64,000 nt of DNA from Longimicrobiales bacterium (GTDB lineage Bacteria; Gemmatimonadota; Gemmatimonadetes; Longimicrobiales; Gaopeijiaceae): the NCBI GenBank assembly GCA_965238005.1, contig OZ250165.1, positions 3,936,001 through 4,000,000 of the forward strand, given 5' to 3'. A program made the position numbers and the translations under genes. Shown one piece after another: positions 1-9,722 of the stretch; the first letter of the stretch is position 1; every line of letters begins with the position of its first letter. The notes beneath the pieces were generated by a model that had not been told where the DNA came from, ran no database searches, and saw only the letters and a program-made list of their open reading frames with translations.

Positions 1-737
1 TTGCGCCCATGCCGGAAGAACCGATCCCAGGGTCCGTCTCCCCGGTCATACCCCTGATACGGATTGCTCCCGTACCGCTTCCTCAAGTCGGCCGGGAAGC
101 CCGTGTCCCTGGAAAGAACCAGGGCATCCTCCAACTGCTCCTTCACACTCCGCCAATTCATGACCGTGGCGGGGATGAAGGTCAGCCGGTCTCCCGCGTA
201 CTGCCCCACCAGCCCCTCACCCGTCGCCTGCTGCCACCACGTCTCCGACTGCCGGTCGTACATGACCAGGTCCGAGTGCCGAAGCCGGCCCGTGGTACCG
301 AACTCGAGCACCTGCCCGTCGAAGTTGCGGTCGAACGCGATGGTCGTGTTGCAGAGGGGGCAGTAGGTGACGGTCACCGGCGCGCCCCCGATCTCGTCAT
401 TCACGATCTCGTGCCAGATGAGGATCGACAGCGGGTACGCCTTGGTCACCCCGTTCACCCTCACTACGGCAACTGGCTCGCGGTCCTTCAGCCAGTCGTC
501 GGCCTCCCGCACCGTCACGAAGCTCGGGCGATCGATGGAGCGAATCCCATCCTTGGGCGGTCCGCCCGACGTGAACTCCTCCAGGGGGACCGTGTGCTTG
601 CTGAAGTCCGTGGACCAGTCGTCCCGCCCGGCGATGGCCGGCCGCTGCTGGCCGGACGCCTCAAGTGGCGACGACGTGAATGCCGCGAGCATGCTCAGCA
701 ACAGGATCTGGAGGGGATGGGCGCGGGCGCGGATCAT
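1..737 (-). CDS. DUF3179-domain secreted protein (partial, runs off left edge)
   Basis: Manual translation from ATG at 737: signal-peptide-like MIRARAHPLQILLLSMLAAF, then GGPPKDGIRSID, AYPLSILIWHEIVND, VTYCPLCNT, GRLRHSDLVMYDRQSETWWQQATG. No stop before base 1, so it is absent from the ORF track. Confidence 0.85.
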   Translation of the reverse strand, partial: MIRARAHPLQILLLSMLAAFTSSPLEASGQQRPAIAGRDDWSTDFSKHTVPLEEFTSGGPPKDGIRSIDRPSFVTVREADDWLKDREPVAVVRVNGVTKAYPLSILIWHEIVNDEIGGAPVTVTYCPLCNTTIAFDRNFDGQVLEFGTTGRLRHSDLVMYDRQSETWWQQATGEGLVGQYAGDRLTFIPATVMNWRSVKEQLEDALVLSRDTGFPADLRKRYGSNPYQGYDRGDGPWDRFFRHGR

Positions 738-896
738 GGGTCTTCCTTTCATCTGGGGAGGCCTCTCTGTTACTCAACCCGCCGGGACGGACGGCCGTTC
801 CCCCCGGCGACCCGCCGCCATCTTGCTCGCCTGGGGTCCACATGGTCTCTTGCAGTGTCTTGCAGTCACACCGCACACGAGATCGAGCCCAGACCG

Positions 897-1268
897 ATGA
901 ACGATGCCTCCGTTCGACATATCCCTTGGGACAGCATTCCCGAGGAGGAGCTGAATCCCCTCCTGCGCCGGCGCCTCATCACCGGCGAGAAGGGCATGCT
1001 GGCCCACGTATACCTCGACAAGGGCGCCGTCGTCCCTCTCCACTCACACCATAACGAGCAGTTCACGTACGTCCTCGAGGGAGTCTTGCACTTCTGGATC
1101 GGAGACGACGAGTCGGAAGAAATCGTCGTGCACGCCGGCGAGGTGCTCCACATCCCGGCCCATGTGCCACACAAAGCCGAGGCACTGGAGGACACGCTGG
1201 ACCTGGACATCTTCGTTCCGCCCCGGGAGGACTGGCTGGCGGGGACAGACGACTATCTCCGGAGGTAG
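897..1268 (+). CDS. Cupin-domain protein
   Basis: 3' part of ORF 9..1268 from ATG 897; cupin motifs PLHSHHNEQFTYVLEG and GEVLHIPAHVPH. Confidence 0.9.
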   Translation: MNDASVRHIPWDSIPEEELNPLLRRRLITGEKGMLAHVYLDKGAVVPLHSHHNEQFTYVLEGVLHFWIGDDESEEIVVHAGEVLHIPAHVPHKAEALEDTLDLDIFVPPREDWLAGTDDYLRR

Positions 1269-1273
1269 CGGGG

Positions 1274-2065
1274 ATGGATCTGGGATTGAAAGGGAAGGCC
1301 GCCCTGGTGGCGGCATCGAGCAGGGGCCTGGGGCGAGCCGTCGCCGACGAGCTGGCGAGGGAAGGCGCCAACCTGGTCATCTGCGCCCGCAGGGTCCGGC
1401 CCCTCGAGAAGGCCCGGCAGGCGATCTTCGACGAGACCGGGGCCGAGGTGGTGGCGGTCCCGGCGGACCTGAGCGAGCCCGGCGACATCGACCGCCTCAT
1501 GGCGGCGGCGAGAGCCGAATTCGGCCGCGTCGACATCCTGGTCACGAACACGGGCGGGCCGCCCTTCGGACCCTTCGAGAGCCACTCCCGGGAAGACTGG
1601 AGCGTAGCCGTCCGTCAGAACCTCTACAGTGTCCTGAACCTGACGCGGGAAGTCCTACCGGACATGCGGGAGGCGGGGTGGGGAAGAATCATCAACATCA
1701 CGTCGGTGGCCGTAAAGCAGCCCATCGACGGCCTGATCCTCTCGAACAGCGTTCGGGCGGCCGTAACCGGATTCGCCAAGACCCTGGCCAACGAGGAGGC
1801 CCATTTCGGCATCACCGTAAACAATGTCATGCCGGGGTATACGAAGACGAAGCGGCTTGAGCAGCTGGCGGCCGACGCGGCGGATCGCTCCGGGTTGATG
1901 TTGGAGGAGGCGTACGCGCGCTGGGAGAGCCAGATCCCCATGGGGCGTACAGGCTCGCCGAACGAGTTCGCCGCACTCGTGGCGTTCCTGGCCTCCGAGC
2001 GAGCCAGCTACATCACGGGAGTCTCCATTCCCGTCGACGGAGGCGCCGTCCGCTCCCTTCTGTAG
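1274..2065 (+). CDS. SDR family oxidoreductase (3-oxoacyl-ACP reductase-like)
   Basis: AASSRGLG Rossmann motif, NTGGP, SNSVRAA variant active site, YITG..VDGG C-terminus. Confidence 0.9.
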   Translation: MDLGLKGKAALVAASSRGLGRAVADELAREGANLVICARRVRPLEKARQAIFDETGAEVVAVPADLSEPGDIDRLMAAARAEFGRVDILVTNTGGPPFGPFESHSREDWSVAVRQNLYSVLNLTREVLPDMREAGWGRIINITSVAVKQPIDGLILSNSVRAAVTGFAKTLANEEAHFGITVNNVMPGYTKTKRLEQLAADAADRSGLMLEEAYARWESQIPMGRTGSPNEFAALVAFLASERASYITGVSIPVDGGAVRSLL

Positions 2066-2168
2066 CGGGCCGATGGCACACCGGGAAGTGAGCAATGGTA
2101 TCAGCGGAGCGCCCGGCCGCAATCGATAGGGCGCTCGGCACGACCGATAAAGACGACTGGAGAAAAGC

Positions 2169-3107
2169 ATGTCGGGGAAGTTCGTAGAAGCTGAATTCAT
2201 ATGGCGAGATGGGGAGTTTATCCGTTGGGAGGACGCCACGGTCCATCTCTTGAGCACGGCGGTCCAGTTCGGGACCTCCATGTTCGAGGGCATTCGATGC
2301 TACGACACGCCCAAGGGGCCCTGCGTCTTCAGGCTGGACGCACACATCCTGAGGCTCGTCCACTCGTGTAGGATCTACCGGATGGAGCCGTCGTACTCCG
2401 AGCAGGAGCTCATCGATGCGTGCCGAGCCACGGTCGAGCGCAACGGGCTCAAGGACTGCTACATCCGGCCAATGGTCCTGCGGGGATACGGATCGGCCGG
2501 CCTGGATCCCTCCCAGAGCCCGATCGAGACGTACGTCACCGCGTGGCCGTGGGGCGCCTACCTGGGTGAAGGAGCTCTCGAGAACGGCGTCGACGTCGGC
2601 GTCTCATCGTGGAACCGGCCGGCGCCCAACACCTTCCCGGTCCAGGCCAAGGCCGCTGGGCACTACAACAACGCCCAGCTCGTCAAGATGGAGGCTGTCG
2701 CCAACGGCTATGCGGAAGGGCTGGTGTTGTCGCCCGACGGTCGTCTGAGCGAAGGCGGCGGACAGAACGTGTTCCTGGTGCGGGGTGGAATCCTGGTGAC
2801 GCCCGAGCTCGACGGAACGCTTCTGCGGGGAGTCACCCGGGACGCGGTCATGGTCATGGCCGCCGACCTCCGCCTGGAGGTGCAGGAACGACCCGTCCCC
2901 CGCGAGGATCTCTACACGGCCGACGAGCTGTTCTTCACGGGCACCGCCACCGAGGTCACGCCCATCCGGAGCGTGGACCGCATCACCATCGGTGAGGGGC
3001 GGGCGGGTCCGGTTACCCGCGCTGTCCAGAACCACTTCATGGCGGTCGTCAAGGCTGAGGAGGAGGACTTACACGGGTGGCTCACACCCGTGTGCCAGGG
3101 CGGCTGA
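2169..3107 (+). CDS. ilvE: Branched-chain amino acid aminotransferase (class IV PLP enzyme)
   Basis: FEGIRCY, YIRP, AKAAGHY (PLP Lys), EGGGQNVF, LRGVTRD, ADELFFTGTATEVTP. Confidence 0.9.
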   Translation: MSGKFVEAEFIWRDGEFIRWEDATVHLLSTAVQFGTSMFEGIRCYDTPKGPCVFRLDAHILRLVHSCRIYRMEPSYSEQELIDACRATVERNGLKDCYIRPMVLRGYGSAGLDPSQSPIETYVTAWPWGAYLGEGALENGVDVGVSSWNRPAPNTFPVQAKAAGHYNNAQLVKMEAVANGYAEGLVLSPDGRLSEGGGQNVFLVRGGILVTPELDGTLLRGVTRDAVMVMAADLRLEVQERPVPREDLYTADELFFTGTATEVTPIRSVDRITIGEGRAGPVTRAVQNHFMAVVKAEEEDLHGWLTPVCQGG

Positions 3108-3126
3108 CCGCCCCTTTCCGGGGCGG
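3108..3126. terminator. GC-rich hairpin between convergent ilvE and ggt
   Basis: CCGCCCC-TTTCC-GGGGCGG directly after the ilvE stop. Confidence 0.45.
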
Positions 3127-3184
3127 CTGACCCTGCGCGGTCGGTCCCTCGCCGACGGCCGCCCGCCCCGGCCTCGAGGGGCGG

Positions 3185-4930
3185 TCAGTTCCCCACCGCC
3201 CCCGCGTCGACATTCCTGGGATCGGCGGCCCCCAGGCGGTCACCGTTCTCGGGATCGATCATGATGGAGTGGGCGAGGCCCTGCCCTCCCTGGACCGACA
3301 GCGTGTAGCCCCGCCGCTCGAGCTCGGCGACCGTGGCTGGGGGCAGCCCATCCCGCTCGAAGCGGACGTTGTCCGGTAGCCACTGGTGGTGTAGCCGAGG
3401 CGCGTTGACGGCCTCCTGGATGTTCATCTCGAACTCGACGAAGTTCAGGATCACCTGCATTACGGTGTTGATGATCGTCCGGCCTCCCGGGCTCCCCACC
3501 ACCGCAACCAGCTCTCCGTCCTTGGTCACGATGCTCGGCGTCATGCTGGAGAGCATGCGCTGCTCCGGACGCGCGAGATTCGGCCGGGTACCGATGAGCC
3601 CACCGTCGTCGGTGAGGCCGGGCCCCGCGTTGAAGTCGCCCATCTCGTTGTTGAGCAGAAAGCCCGCCCCGGGAACGGTGATCGCAGAGCCGTAGCCGGA
3701 CTCGAGGGTGTAGGTGACGGAGACCGCCATGCCGTTCCGGTCCACCACGGAGTAGTGCGTGGTCTCGGGGCTCTCGTAGGGCTCCGTGACGTCCGACGGC
3801 GCCGACACGCTAGCGTTGAGCGGGTCGATGTCGGCACGGAGGTGTTCGGCATATGCCTTGCTGGTCAGCCGGTGGACAGGCACGTCCACGAAGTCGACGT
3901 CGGCGACGAAACGGGCCCGGTCCCGGTAGGCTCTCCGCATGGCCTCCGTCAGGTGGTGGATGTAGTCCGCCGAGTTGTGACCCATGGAGGCGAGGTCGTA
4001 GCCCTCGAGGATGTTGAGCATCTCAACCATGGCGACGCCCCCGCTGGACGGAGGCGGCATGGAGATGATGTCGTAGCCTCGGTACGTGCCCTTGATGGGG
4101 GTACGCTCCTTGGCCTGGTAGCGGGCGAGATCCTCCAGGGTGATGATGCCGCCGCCGCGCTCCATCTCCGCCGCCAGCAGGCTGGCGGTCTCTCCCTTAT
4201 AGAACCCGTCGCGCCCGTCGTTGGTGATGCGCTCCAGGGTCCGCGCCAGGTCGGTTTGCACGAGCCGGTAGCCGGGCTCGAAGGGACGGCCGTCCATGGA
4301 GAACGACGCCACGGTGCCCACATAGGCGGCCCCCCGGCCTTCCACGAGACGCTGCAGCCCCCGAGCCAGCCGCTCGGCGATCTCGAAGCCGTCGCGGGCC
4401 AGGCCCACTGCCGGGCTCACCAGCCGCCGCCACTCCTGACCGCCGTACAGCCGGTGCGCCTTCCAGAATCCGGCTACGGTGCCGGGAACGCCCACGGCCA
4501 TGTGGCTGTTGTGATGCTTGGTGCGCGAATACTCGCCGGACTCGTCGAGCCACATCTCGGGGTGGGACGCCAGCGGCGCCTTCTCCCGGAAGTCGAGGGC
4601 CGTGGTGGCCCCGTCGGAGAAGCGGATCACCATGAAGCCGCCGCCGCCGATGTTGCCGGCCGACGGATGCGTGACGGCCAGCGCGAGGCCCGTTGCGATG
4701 GCCGCGTCCACGGCGTTGCCACCGGCAGCCAGCACGTCGGCGCCCGCCTTGCTGGCGTGTACGCTCTCGGACACCACCATGCCATGGGGCGCCCGAACGG
4801 GCTGAACCGTGTCGGCCTGGACGCTCGTCGGAGCGAGCGGGGCGAGGGACTGGGGGGCGGTAAGTCCCGTCGTACCCAGCCACAGTACGGCCAAGGTCGA
4901 GAACGTGAAGAAATGACGGCGGTCGATCAT
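3185..4930 (-). CDS. ggt: Gamma-glutamyltransferase
   Basis: GGNAVDAA, GNIGGGGFM, DFREKAP, ETTHYSVVD (autoproteolytic Thr), LNNEMGDF, SSMTP, GSPGG; N-terminal signal peptide. Confidence 0.95.
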   Translation of the reverse strand: MIDRRHFFTFSTLAVLWLGTTGLTAPQSLAPLAPTSVQADTVQPVRAPHGMVVSESVHASKAGADVLAAGGNAVDAAIATGLALAVTHPSAGNIGGGGFMVIRFSDGATTALDFREKAPLASHPEMWLDESGEYSRTKHHNSHMAVGVPGTVAGFWKAHRLYGGQEWRRLVSPAVGLARDGFEIAERLARGLQRLVEGRGAAYVGTVASFSMDGRPFEPGYRLVQTDLARTLERITNDGRDGFYKGETASLLAAEMERGGGIITLEDLARYQAKERTPIKGTYRGYDIISMPPPSSGGVAMVEMLNILEGYDLASMGHNSADYIHHLTEAMRRAYRDRARFVADVDFVDVPVHRLTSKAYAEHLRADIDPLNASVSAPSDVTEPYESPETTHYSVVDRNGMAVSVTYTLESGYGSAITVPGAGFLLNNEMGDFNAGPGLTDDGGLIGTRPNLARPEQRMLSSMTPSIVTKDGELVAVVGSPGGRTIINTVMQVILNFVEFEMNIQEAVNAPRLHHQWLPDNVRFERDGLPPATVAELERRGYTLSVQGGQGLAHSIMIDPENGDRLGAADPRNVDAGAVGN

Positions 4931-4987
4931 GTAGCTCTCCCTACCTGTTGGCTCGTGCCTCGAAGTTTGGTCTTCTTCGACCGAAAG

Positions 4988-5422
4988 TCACGCCTCGGAG
5001 TTCCGGTCGTAGTCAACGATGTTCTCCCACTCGCTGGCATCCGAGCGCGCCACGACCGCTGTCACCGGCTCCGTGTCGCTCATGTTGAACACCTCGTGGG
5101 GAACGCCAGGCTCGATGAAGATGAAGTCACCCGCCTTGCTTTCCAAGACGAGCTCGAGTCCCGCCCCATACTCATGCCGCACATTCCCTTGGAGTATGTA
5201 CAGCATGACCTCGAAATCCACGTGGATGTGGGCGTACGCGACGCCCCCCGGCGGAATGGTGGCCACGTTCATGGAGAGCTTGCGGGCTCCGACGTTCTTG
5301 GCCGAGAGACCGGCCTTCTAGCGGATGTTGTTCCAACCGCGGAACGTGTCGCTTCCACGCACGGTGGAGATCCCCCCGCCACCTTCAACCATCGCCGTGA
5401 GATCCACAGCTTCTTCAGACAT
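4988..5422 (-). pseudogene. Cupin-domain protein with in-frame TAG at 5318-5320
   Basis: From ATG 5422 reads MSEEAVDLTAMVEGGGGISTVRGSDTFRGWNNIR*KAGLSAKNVGARKLSMNVATIPPGG..AHIHVDFEVMLY..PGVPH; the frame is continuous with ORF 4988..5272. Confidence 0.75.
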
Positions 5423-5488
5423 TCCGCCTAGCCCTCTAGTCGACGCCTCCGGTCGGCTGCGCGCGCCGTTCACCGGTGACACACATCG

Positions 5489-6193
5489 TCAGTTCGATTC
5501 CACTTCCTTCACAAAGAGATCGGCCAGGACGGGACCCGCGCCCTCATCCTCGTGCTTGAAGAACACGAAGACATCGTCCCAGCCCTGATCCTTGAAGGTC
5601 CCGGCCCAGCGGGTCAGCTCTCCGGGCTCGTACGCCTCCTTGCGGAGACGAGCATATCCGTAGGAAGCCGTCGCCACCACCGGGGGATCGTCGTCCTTCC
5701 CCGTATCGGCCGCCACCAGGGCTGCGCCGGCATCACATAGAACCTGGTAGACCGCGTCGTCGAACCACGAGGAGTTACGGAACTCGAAGGCGGCCCGGAA
5801 GCCCTGGGGAAAGAGGGCCACGAAGTCCCGCAAACGCTCCACGTCCTTCTTCAGATACGGTGGAAGCTGAAAGAGGATGGGTCCCCGGCGCCCGCCGAGC
5901 TCCTCCGAGACGTCCAGGAGGTAGCCGAGCTCGTCCTCGGCCTCCTTGAGCCTCTTATGGTGCGTGATCTTGCGGGAGGCCTTGAGCACGAACGAGAAGG
6001 CGTCGGGCACCTTCCCGGCCCAGTCGGTCAACACCTTCCGCGACGGCATGCGATAGAAGGTGTTGTTAATCTCCACCGCGTTGAGCCGCTCGCCGTAGTA
6101 CGAGAGCATCTGATCATTGGGCAGATCCTCCGGATAGAAGCCTCCCTTCCACTCCTTGTATGAGAATCCGCTGGTGCCGACCCAAAACGTCAT
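5489..6193 (-). CDS. DUF72-domain protein
   Basis: VGTSGFSYKEW, VEINNTFYRMP, LFQLPP, AFEFRNSSWF; likely start at ATG 6193. Confidence 0.9.
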   Translation of the reverse strand: MTFWVGTSGFSYKEWKGGFYPEDLPNDQMLSYYGERLNAVEINNTFYRMPSRKVLTDWAGKVPDAFSFVLKASRKITHHKRLKEAEDELGYLLDVSEELGGRRGPILFQLPPYLKKDVERLRDFVALFPQGFRAAFEFRNSSWFDDAVYQVLCDAGAALVAADTGKDDDPPVVATASYGYARLRKEAYEPGELTRWAGTFKDQGWDDVFVFFKHEDEGAGPVLADLFVKEVESN

Positions 6194-6249
6194 CGTCTCA
6201 CCCTCCCCGACAGGGATCTGAACCTCCATGAACATTGGCCCGAGAGGGC

Positions 6250-7170
6250 CTACAGTAGATAGCCACCGTCGATGGGAATCACGGTCCCCGTGATATGCCT
6301 CGCCGCCTCGGAGCAAAGGAAGAGGACCACGCTGGCCACGTCCTGTGGATCTCCCAGCCTGCCTAGCACGCTGCGCTCACGAGCCATGTCCAGAATTTCG
6401 GCAGGCACCCCCGCCGTGAGCCGCGTGGTTCGGATGTAGCCGGGAGCGACGGCGTTTACATTGATGTTCTTGGGGCCGAGCTCCACGGCGGCGCTTCGGG
6501 TGAAACCGATGATCCCCGCCTTGGATGCAGCGTAGTTGGCGATCCCGAACTCGCTTCGAAGCCCGTGGACGGACGTAATGTTGACGATCTTGCCCCACTC
6601 CTGCGCCCGGAGGTACGGCGCCACCGCCCGGGTGAAATAAAAAGCCCCCGTAAGATTCGTGTTCAGGACCGTGGACCACTGCTCGTCGTCCATCCGCCAG
6701 AGCGCCCGATCGCGTCCCACCCCTGCGTTGCTCACCAGGATGTGGACGCCCCCGAGACGCTCTACGGTCTTCTCGACAAATGCGTTAACCTGCTCAGCCT
6801 CCCGAACGTCGCATGCCTCGCAAAAAACCCTGACCTCCAACTCCCGGATGACGCCCGCCACCTCCTGGGCCTCGGCCCTGGACTCCTCGCCGGTGTCCAG
6901 GAAGCAGAACGCCACATCGGCGCCTGCCCGGGCGAAGTCCATGGCGATGGCCCGGCCGATTCCGCTCGATCCGCCACTGACGACGGCCACCTTGCTCCTG
7001 AGGCCCTCGAGGTTGCGAAGCGGTCGGGGCTGGGTCTGGATCCCCACCTCGTCGAGAAGCTGCTCCACAACGTCCTCCACAGCCGTGGGCTCCGCCGTGC
7101 CGATCCGCTCCTGCTCGGACGGCTCGTCACCCAGGGATGATATGGTCCTCTCGTGTCGTTGGTCGGACAT
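6250..7170 (-). CDS. SDR / FabG-like oxidoreductase with acidic N-terminal extension
   Basis: GGSSGIG, SNAG, YAASK, NAVAPG, IDGG. Confidence 0.9.
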   Translation of the reverse strand: MSDQRHERTISSLGDEPSEQERIGTAEPTAVEDVVEQLLDEVGIQTQPRPLRNLEGLRSKVAVVSGGSSGIGRAIAMDFARAGADVAFCFLDTGEESRAEAQEVAGVIRELEVRVFCEACDVREAEQVNAFVEKTVERLGGVHILVSNAGVGRDRALWRMDDEQWSTVLNTNLTGAFYFTRAVAPYLRAQEWGKIVNITSVHGLRSEFGIANYAASKAGIIGFTRSAAVELGPKNINVNAVAPGYIRTTRLTAGVPAEILDMARERSVLGRLGDPQDVASVVLFLCSEAARHITGTVIPIDGGYLL

Positions 7171-7230
7171 GCGTCGAGGGGAATGCTACACGGCCACGCC
7201 ATCCGGGATCGGAATGTCTCGACGTGGCAG

Positions 7231-7246
7231 GTAAACGCCCGTTTAC
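7231..7246. promoter_or_regulatory. Palindromic operator candidate GTAAAC-N4-GTTTAC
   Basis: GTAAACgcccGTTTAC about 60 bp upstream of the SDR start; the same core occurs at 49299-49314. Confidence 0.55.
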
Positions 7247-7287
7247 GGCATGTTACCGATCGAACCGTGTGTTTCGCAACGGAAGGC

Positions 7288-8271
7288 TCAGGATCCGTTG
7301 AGGAGTCCCACGATCTCCCCGTCGGTCAGGGTATGGTCCGTGGCCTTGGCGGCTTCGAAGAGGATGCGGCAGGCCTTCTCATCGTCGGGGTCGTACCCGT
7401 GGGCGGCGAGCCAGGCTTTTACGTTCGAGAGCCCGGACATGGGGCCTATCTCGATCTCCTGGACCCTCCCCACCATGGAGGCGGGCACGCCCGAGTAGAT
7501 GCGGTCGGCGACCCAGGCGTCCCCTTTGGCCGCGGCCTTCACGATGGCGGCGGCATGCACCCCCGTGCCGGTGCGGAACGCGTCGCGACCCACCACGGGG
7601 TAGCTGCTGGCGAGGGGCACCTGACAGGCCTCGGCCGCCGTGCTGCAGTACTCGGGCAATCGCGTGAGATCGGCTTCATGGAGCCCGAGTAGCTTGAGGT
7701 TCACCAGAAGGACGTCCATCTCCACGTTACCCACGCGCTCGCCGATGCCGAGGGCCGTGCCGTGGATGCGGGTGGCGCCGGCCTCGATGGCCGCGAGGGC
7801 GTTGGCCAGGCCGAGACCGCGGTCGCGGTGGCCGTGCCAATCCACGCCCACGTCCTCCCCCGAAGGCTCGACGATCTCTTCGATCACGAAGCGGACGAGG
7901 GCCCGCACGCGGTCAGGTATGGCATGCCCCACGGTGTCGGTAAGGCAGAGCCGGTGGGCGCCCCATCCGATGGCGTGTCCGTAAAGGGCCTTGAGCGTCT
8001 CGGGCTTGGCCCGCGCGGTGTCCTCGGTCACGAACATCACCGGCAGACAAGGGCCCGTGCCGGGGAGGCCGATGTCGGCCGTATGGATGCCCAGTTCGTC
8101 CATGAGATGGAGGAGCCGGATCTTCCCTTCGATGGGAGGATCCACCACGGACGGATTCTGAAGCCCGTCCCGTAGAGTCTCGTCATCGAGCTGGATGCCA
8201 GACACCGAGCCCCAGTCGAACGCGTCGCTACCGGCCGAGTTCCAGTCGTGAATGAGGTCCTGCTCCTCCAT
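7288..8271 (-). pseudogene. LeuA/2-isopropylmalate synthase-like (DRE-TIM) gene with apparent in-frame internal deletion
   Basis: DETLRDGLQ, HGHRDRG and GIGERVGN are present, but DIGLPGTGP joins directly to CLPVMFVTEDT near 8050, leaving out the central barrel segment; only 327 aa. Confidence 0.65.
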
Positions 8272-8465
8272 GGCCGTTGGGTTGAGTTGCCGCTGAAGTG
8301 AGACCCCGGGGCCCAGCCGTTGCTCGCACGCAAGATAGCCGGGGGCATGCGAATCCTACAGGTAAAGGCCTGTTGAAGAAGTGGGGCGAGCCGCGTGAGG
8401 AGCGTCTCGCAGAAATCGGGTGGGCACAGTTTGACGCGTCAGCCGTGGGCGCCGAGCTTGGACCC

Positions 8466-9722
8466 ATGTCTCATCCCGCGCTGCCCGCCGTGACCGAGCT
8501 CCTGGACCATCTAGGGGTCCGAGCCGCCCGTGACCACATCATGGCCACCGACGAGCGCACGCTCGAAGATCAGGTGGAGCTCACGGAGATTCCCTCCCCG
8601 CCGTTCGGCGAGGAGGCCCGCGGTCGGCGGATGGCGGAGCTCCTCGAGGAGGCCGGGCTGATCGATCTCCGCACGGACAGCACCGGCAACGTCGTGGGGA
8701 TGCGGCACGGCCTGGAAGCCGGGAGTCCGGTCGTGGTGTCGGCTCACCTGGACACCGTATTCCCCGCCGGAACGGACCTTACGGTGCGTAGCGATGACGG
8801 TGTCCTCCGGGCCCCGGGGATCTCCGACGATGGGCGGGGCCTGGCCGCGCTGCTTGCGGTGGTGAGAGCTCTCTCCGAGGCCGATGTGCCGACCCTGAGG
8901 CCCATCCTCTTCGTGGCCACCGTGGGCGAGGAGGGGAGCGGAGACCTGAGGGGCGTAAAGCACCTCTTCCGTGACGGGGGACCCGCCCACGACGCGTCCG
9001 CGTTCATCTCACTCGATGGCGCAGGCGCCCGGACGGTGGTAAACCGGGGACTCGGCGCTCGGCGTTTCCGGGTCACACTCCGCGGCCGAGGAGGGCATTC
9101 ATGGGTGGACTGGGGCATCCCCAACCCGATTCACGCCCTCGGGCGGGCCGTGGGAGCCTTGGCGGCCTGGCCCCCGCCGACCCGCCCGTCTGTGAGCCTC
9201 ACCATCTCGCGTTTCGGGGGTGGCACAAGCGTGAACACGATCCCCGTCGAGGCCTGGGCGGAGCTCGACGTGCGGAGCGAGTCGGAGCAGCACCTGGCGG
9301 TGGCCGAGAAGCGGGTCCGGGCCATTCTGAGACGCTCCGTGGAGGAGGAGAATTCGGGCGCAGCCGAAGAGTCGTACCGGCTCGATCTGCAGATCACGCT
9401 CATCGGCGATCGGCCTGCGGGGGCCACGGCCACCGACTCCCCACTTGTGGAGGCGGCGCTGGCCGCGACGCGGGCCCTCGATATGGAGCCTGAGCTGGTG
9501 GCCTCGTCCACGGACGCCAACCTCCCCATGTCACTGGGAATCCCGGCCATCACCCTTGGAGCCGGAGGCGAGGCCGGCGAGGCCCACACACTGGAAGAGT
9601 GGTATCGAAACACGGGAGGACCGGAGGGAGTGTGCCGCGCGCTCAACACGGTGCTCCTGATGGCGGGGTGTGCCCTGACCGGACGCGCCGCGCGCGGCCC
9701 CTCCTCTATTGACCGCCGATGA
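8466..9722 (+). CDS. Peptidase M20/M25/M40 family
   Basis: SAHLDTVF, PGISDD, VGEEG, GGHSW, STDAN, AHT; likely start at ATG 8466. Confidence 0.88.
   Translation: MSHPALPAVTELLDHLGVRAARDHIMATDERTLEDQVELTEIPSPPFGEEARGRRMAELLEEAGLIDLRTDSTGNVVGMRHGLEAGSPVVVSAHLDTVFPAGTDLTVRSDDGVLRAPGISDDGRGLAALLAVVRALSEADVPTLRPILFVATVGEEGSGDLRGVKHLFRDGGPAHDASAFISLDGAGARTVVNRGLGARRFRVTLRGRGGHSWVDWGIPNPIHALGRAVGALAAWPPPTRPSVSLTISRFGGGTSVNTIPVEAWAELDVRSESEQHLAVAEKRVRAILRRSVEEENSGAAEESYRLDLQITLIGDRPAGATATDSPLVEAALAATRALDMEPELVASSTDANLPMSLGIPAITLGAGGEAGEAHTLEEWYRNTGGPEGVCRALNTVLLMAGCALTGRAARGPSSIDRR

Noticed and set aside
1..737. Second selenoprotein (DUF3179 family has Sec members)
   Set aside because: The visible part has Cys in CPLC and no in-frame TGA.
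9..896. N-terminal extension of the cupin ORF (419 aa)
   Set aside because: Antisense shadow of the DUF3179 gene.
3755..5431. Long alternative ORFs (3755..5431, 44355..45590, 52029..53264, 58940..60322 and similar)
   Set aside because: Antisense or off-frame shadows of well-supported genes, typical of high-GC DNA, with no recognisable motifs.
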